Source: a virus
Taxonomy: Duplodnaviria > Caudoviricetes
Reading direction: 5' to 3' (one strand)
Virus record (IMG/VR): IMGVR_UViG_3300016674_000005
Location: 1-36,236 of that record
DNA: 36,236 bases
Positions 34,546 through 36,236 of this stretch are shown one piece after another. Below the pieces are notes generated by a model that was given only the letters and a program-made list of their open reading frames with translations, did not search any database and was not told where the DNA came from. Each line of letters starts with the position of its first letter. The stretch's first letter is position 1. Both the position numbers and the translations under genes were made by a program.

Positions 34546-35793
34546 TTATTGATAAATTGATACTGAGCTCATCTTGTGATGAGTGTACAAGGCATATCTA
34601 ACAGCGTCACAAGGGTGAGAGGCCCAATCGTGAACAGGTTTTGGGACATCTGTTGTTTGGTTCCACTTGTAGGAGCTCATAGCATGGAAGGTATGTTGCG
34701 CCCCATCCTCATCAAAAAATAGCTTGTTTTGCTCTATAAGAGCTTGGATAAAAGTAATACCATCATTAACAGACTTTACTGCATTAGTAGTATGTATGTC
34801 ATAATCGTAAGCAAAGTCAGCTTTGACTTGTTGGGCAGCGCTATCAATGTATATATTATCTATGCGCCACTCAGTTATCTTTTCTTGAATAATACTAGCT
34901 AGTTCAGAGGTAGTAGATTCTTTGGATATGTACTCATCTAGTACGAAGTACTTATCACCGTCATAGCCTATAACCACGAATACGTTTTCATCTCGGTACC
35001 CTACGTCAAGCCCAGCAAAAGTTTCATAAAACTGTTTTCCTTGATAGTTACCTTTATGAGTTTCTTCATTTAGATGGTCGTAGATTTGAGATTCAGTAGT
35101 AGTCCACTCGCACTCATACTCTTGTAAGTACAATGCGCGAGTCATAGTACGTTTAGCTTCTGCTACGTCTTTTTCAGATAGCATAGGATTTGAGCGCCAT
35201 GTATATACAGCTGAACCCCAGTCCGGGTTTTCTTCTTTATTTTGTCCGCGCATGTAATACCCATATAGATAATTACCTTTACCACGCGGTGTAGAAATCC
35301 ACAAACAACGAGAGTCAGGGAATGTTGAGAGGGCAGGACGCAAATCTCGAGTAAAATATTCATCATCTGGAATAATTGCAGCTTCGTCAATAATCATTAA
35401 ATTAGCGGCTCGTCCTACTAAGGAGTCTCTGTTATTGGCTGATAGTAATCTAAATATAGAACCATTAATAAGCTTAACCACCTTATCTTTTTGGTTAAAC
35501 TTATCAACTTCGATATCCATCTGTTTAATTAAATCGGTTACATAATCCCAGATAATCGAAGATAGAGAAAAGTTAGGAGCAACTACCATTACCTGTTGAT
35601 TAGGTTCTAGCAGTTTAGCGAAAGCAAGAATAGCAGCGGCGTACGATTTTCCAGTACGTCTACCAGCTATGTGTACCCAGAAACGAGATTCGTTTAACCC
35701 ATTAATCATCGCCCACTGACTCTCATTGAAAGTAGTAGGTTTTGGAAGCCGGGCCAACAGCTTTTCAATTGGTATTTTAAAAAATGATTTCAT
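34546..35793 (-). CDS. terL: Terminase large subunit
   Basis: Walker A GRRTGKS, Walker B IIDEAA, coupling motif ISTP, nuclease GLDVG and HPCDAVRY. Confidence 0.94.
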   Translation of the reverse strand: MKSFFKIPIEKLLARLPKPTTFNESQWAMINGLNESRFWVHIAGRRTGKSYAAAILAFAKLLEPNQQVMVVAPNFSLSSIIWDYVTDLIKQMDIEVDKFNQKDKVVKLINGSIFRLLSANNRDSLVGRAANLMIIDEAAIIPDDEYFTRDLRPALSTFPDSRCLWISTPRGKGNYLYGYYMRGQNKEENPDWGSAVYTWRSNPMLSEKDVAEAKRTMTRALYLQEYECEWTTTESQIYDHLNEETHKGNYQGKQFYETFAGLDVGYRDENVFVVIGYDGDKYFVLDEYISKESTTSELASIIQEKITEWRIDNIYIDSAAQQVKADFAYDYDIHTTNAVKSVNDGITFIQALIEQNKLFFDEDGAQHTFHAMSSYKWNQTTDVPKPVHDWASHPCDAVRYALYTHHKMSSVSIYQ

Positions 35794-36092
35794 TTAGGTA
35801 TGTAGCTATATAACATTAACAAAAAAGACGTTATAGCAGCGATTGTTCCGCCTATCCATAAAAAAGTTTTTAAAGATGTTTCGCCTTTTGTAGCTAAAGA
35901 TTGAAGTGAAGCAACTGCTTCTCGCATTGTATCCATATCTTTTTGTATGGCCTCTAAACAATGCATAATTTGTGTTTGCTGTGCTGTAGTTAAAGCTTCA
36001 AATGTTGATAACGCAGCTTTTGTAGCGTTAGTTCTATCGTGCAGCTTATCTAGTTCTGAGCGTATTTGGTCTAACTCACGAGTTGGCTCCAT
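35790..36092 (-). CDS. Coiled-coil protein with a C-terminal transmembrane helix (holin/XhlA-like)
   Basis: Heptad-rich body and hydrophobic FLWIGGTIAAITSFLLMLY; ATGA overlap with terL. Confidence 0.55.
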   Translation of the reverse strand: MEPTRELDQIRSELDKLHDRTNATKAALSTFEALTTAQQTQIMHCLEAIQKDMDTMREAVASLQSLATKGETSLKTFLWIGGTIAAITSFLLMLYSYIPK

Positions 36093-36126
36093 AAGTAATC
36101 CTACCGATCTAAATAGTATTTTGTTT

Positions 36127-36155
36127 ATATTACTATGATAACCTTTAACTGTCCA
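36127..36155 (-). promoter_or_regulatory. Putative promoter at the head of the morphogenesis operon
   Basis: TGGACA (36155-36150), 17-nt spacer, TAATAT (36132-36127), in AT-rich DNA. Confidence 0.5.
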
Positions 36156-36236
36156 TATAAAATTTATTAGGTAAGTATCTATTATTATTTATTTTACAAA
36201 ACATTAATTATTAGGTTTGATAGGCCACACTACCTT

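Noticed and set aside
7856-36138. Many + strand ORFs antisense to structural genes (e.g. 8593-8961, 15258-15665, 26581-27048, 28008-28616)
   Set aside because: They lie within well-supported - strand genes, show no recognisable motifs, and have the composition expected of codon-bias shadows.
1-36236. CRISPR array, tRNA/rRNA genes, integrase or IS elements, alternative genetic code
   Set aside because: Coding is dense under the standard code with short gaps; no regularly spaced repeats or cloverleaf structures seen.

Overview
This is a 36-kb fragment of an AT-rich lytic tailed phage with siphovirus-type tail genes and T5-like (Demerecviridae-like) organisation, split into two converging blocks. 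The + strand block (1-7149) encodes DNA and nucleotide metabolism: SbcC-like D13 ATPase (3' part), class II B12-dependent RNR NrdJ, dUTPase, glutaredoxin, PhoH, D14-like resolvase, D15-like flap endonuclease, DHFR and ThyA. The - strand block (36092 down to 7162) is the morphogenesis region: a membrane coiled-coil protein, terminase, HNH nuclease, portal, protease-capsid fusion, head/tail completion proteins, tail terminator, tail tube, frameshifted tail chaperones, tape measure, a lambda-like M-L-(NlpC, NlpC, JAB)-I-J tip, a fibre with an S74 chaperone, and five small charged proteins. A bidirectional terminator separates the two blocks. The most unusual signals are: a structured RNA with alternative anti-SD pairings between the tail tube and chaperone genes; a promoter and RBS inside the protease-capsid ORF; a likely ATT start for the enlarged tail L gene; a split/duplicated K module with a Ubl-like cleavage motif shared by I and J; adhesin-like domains inserted in core structural proteins; and a terminal cluster of basic and acidic mini-proteins including an uncalled 35-aa ORF. 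Protein calls rest on motif recognition and synteny, not on database searches.
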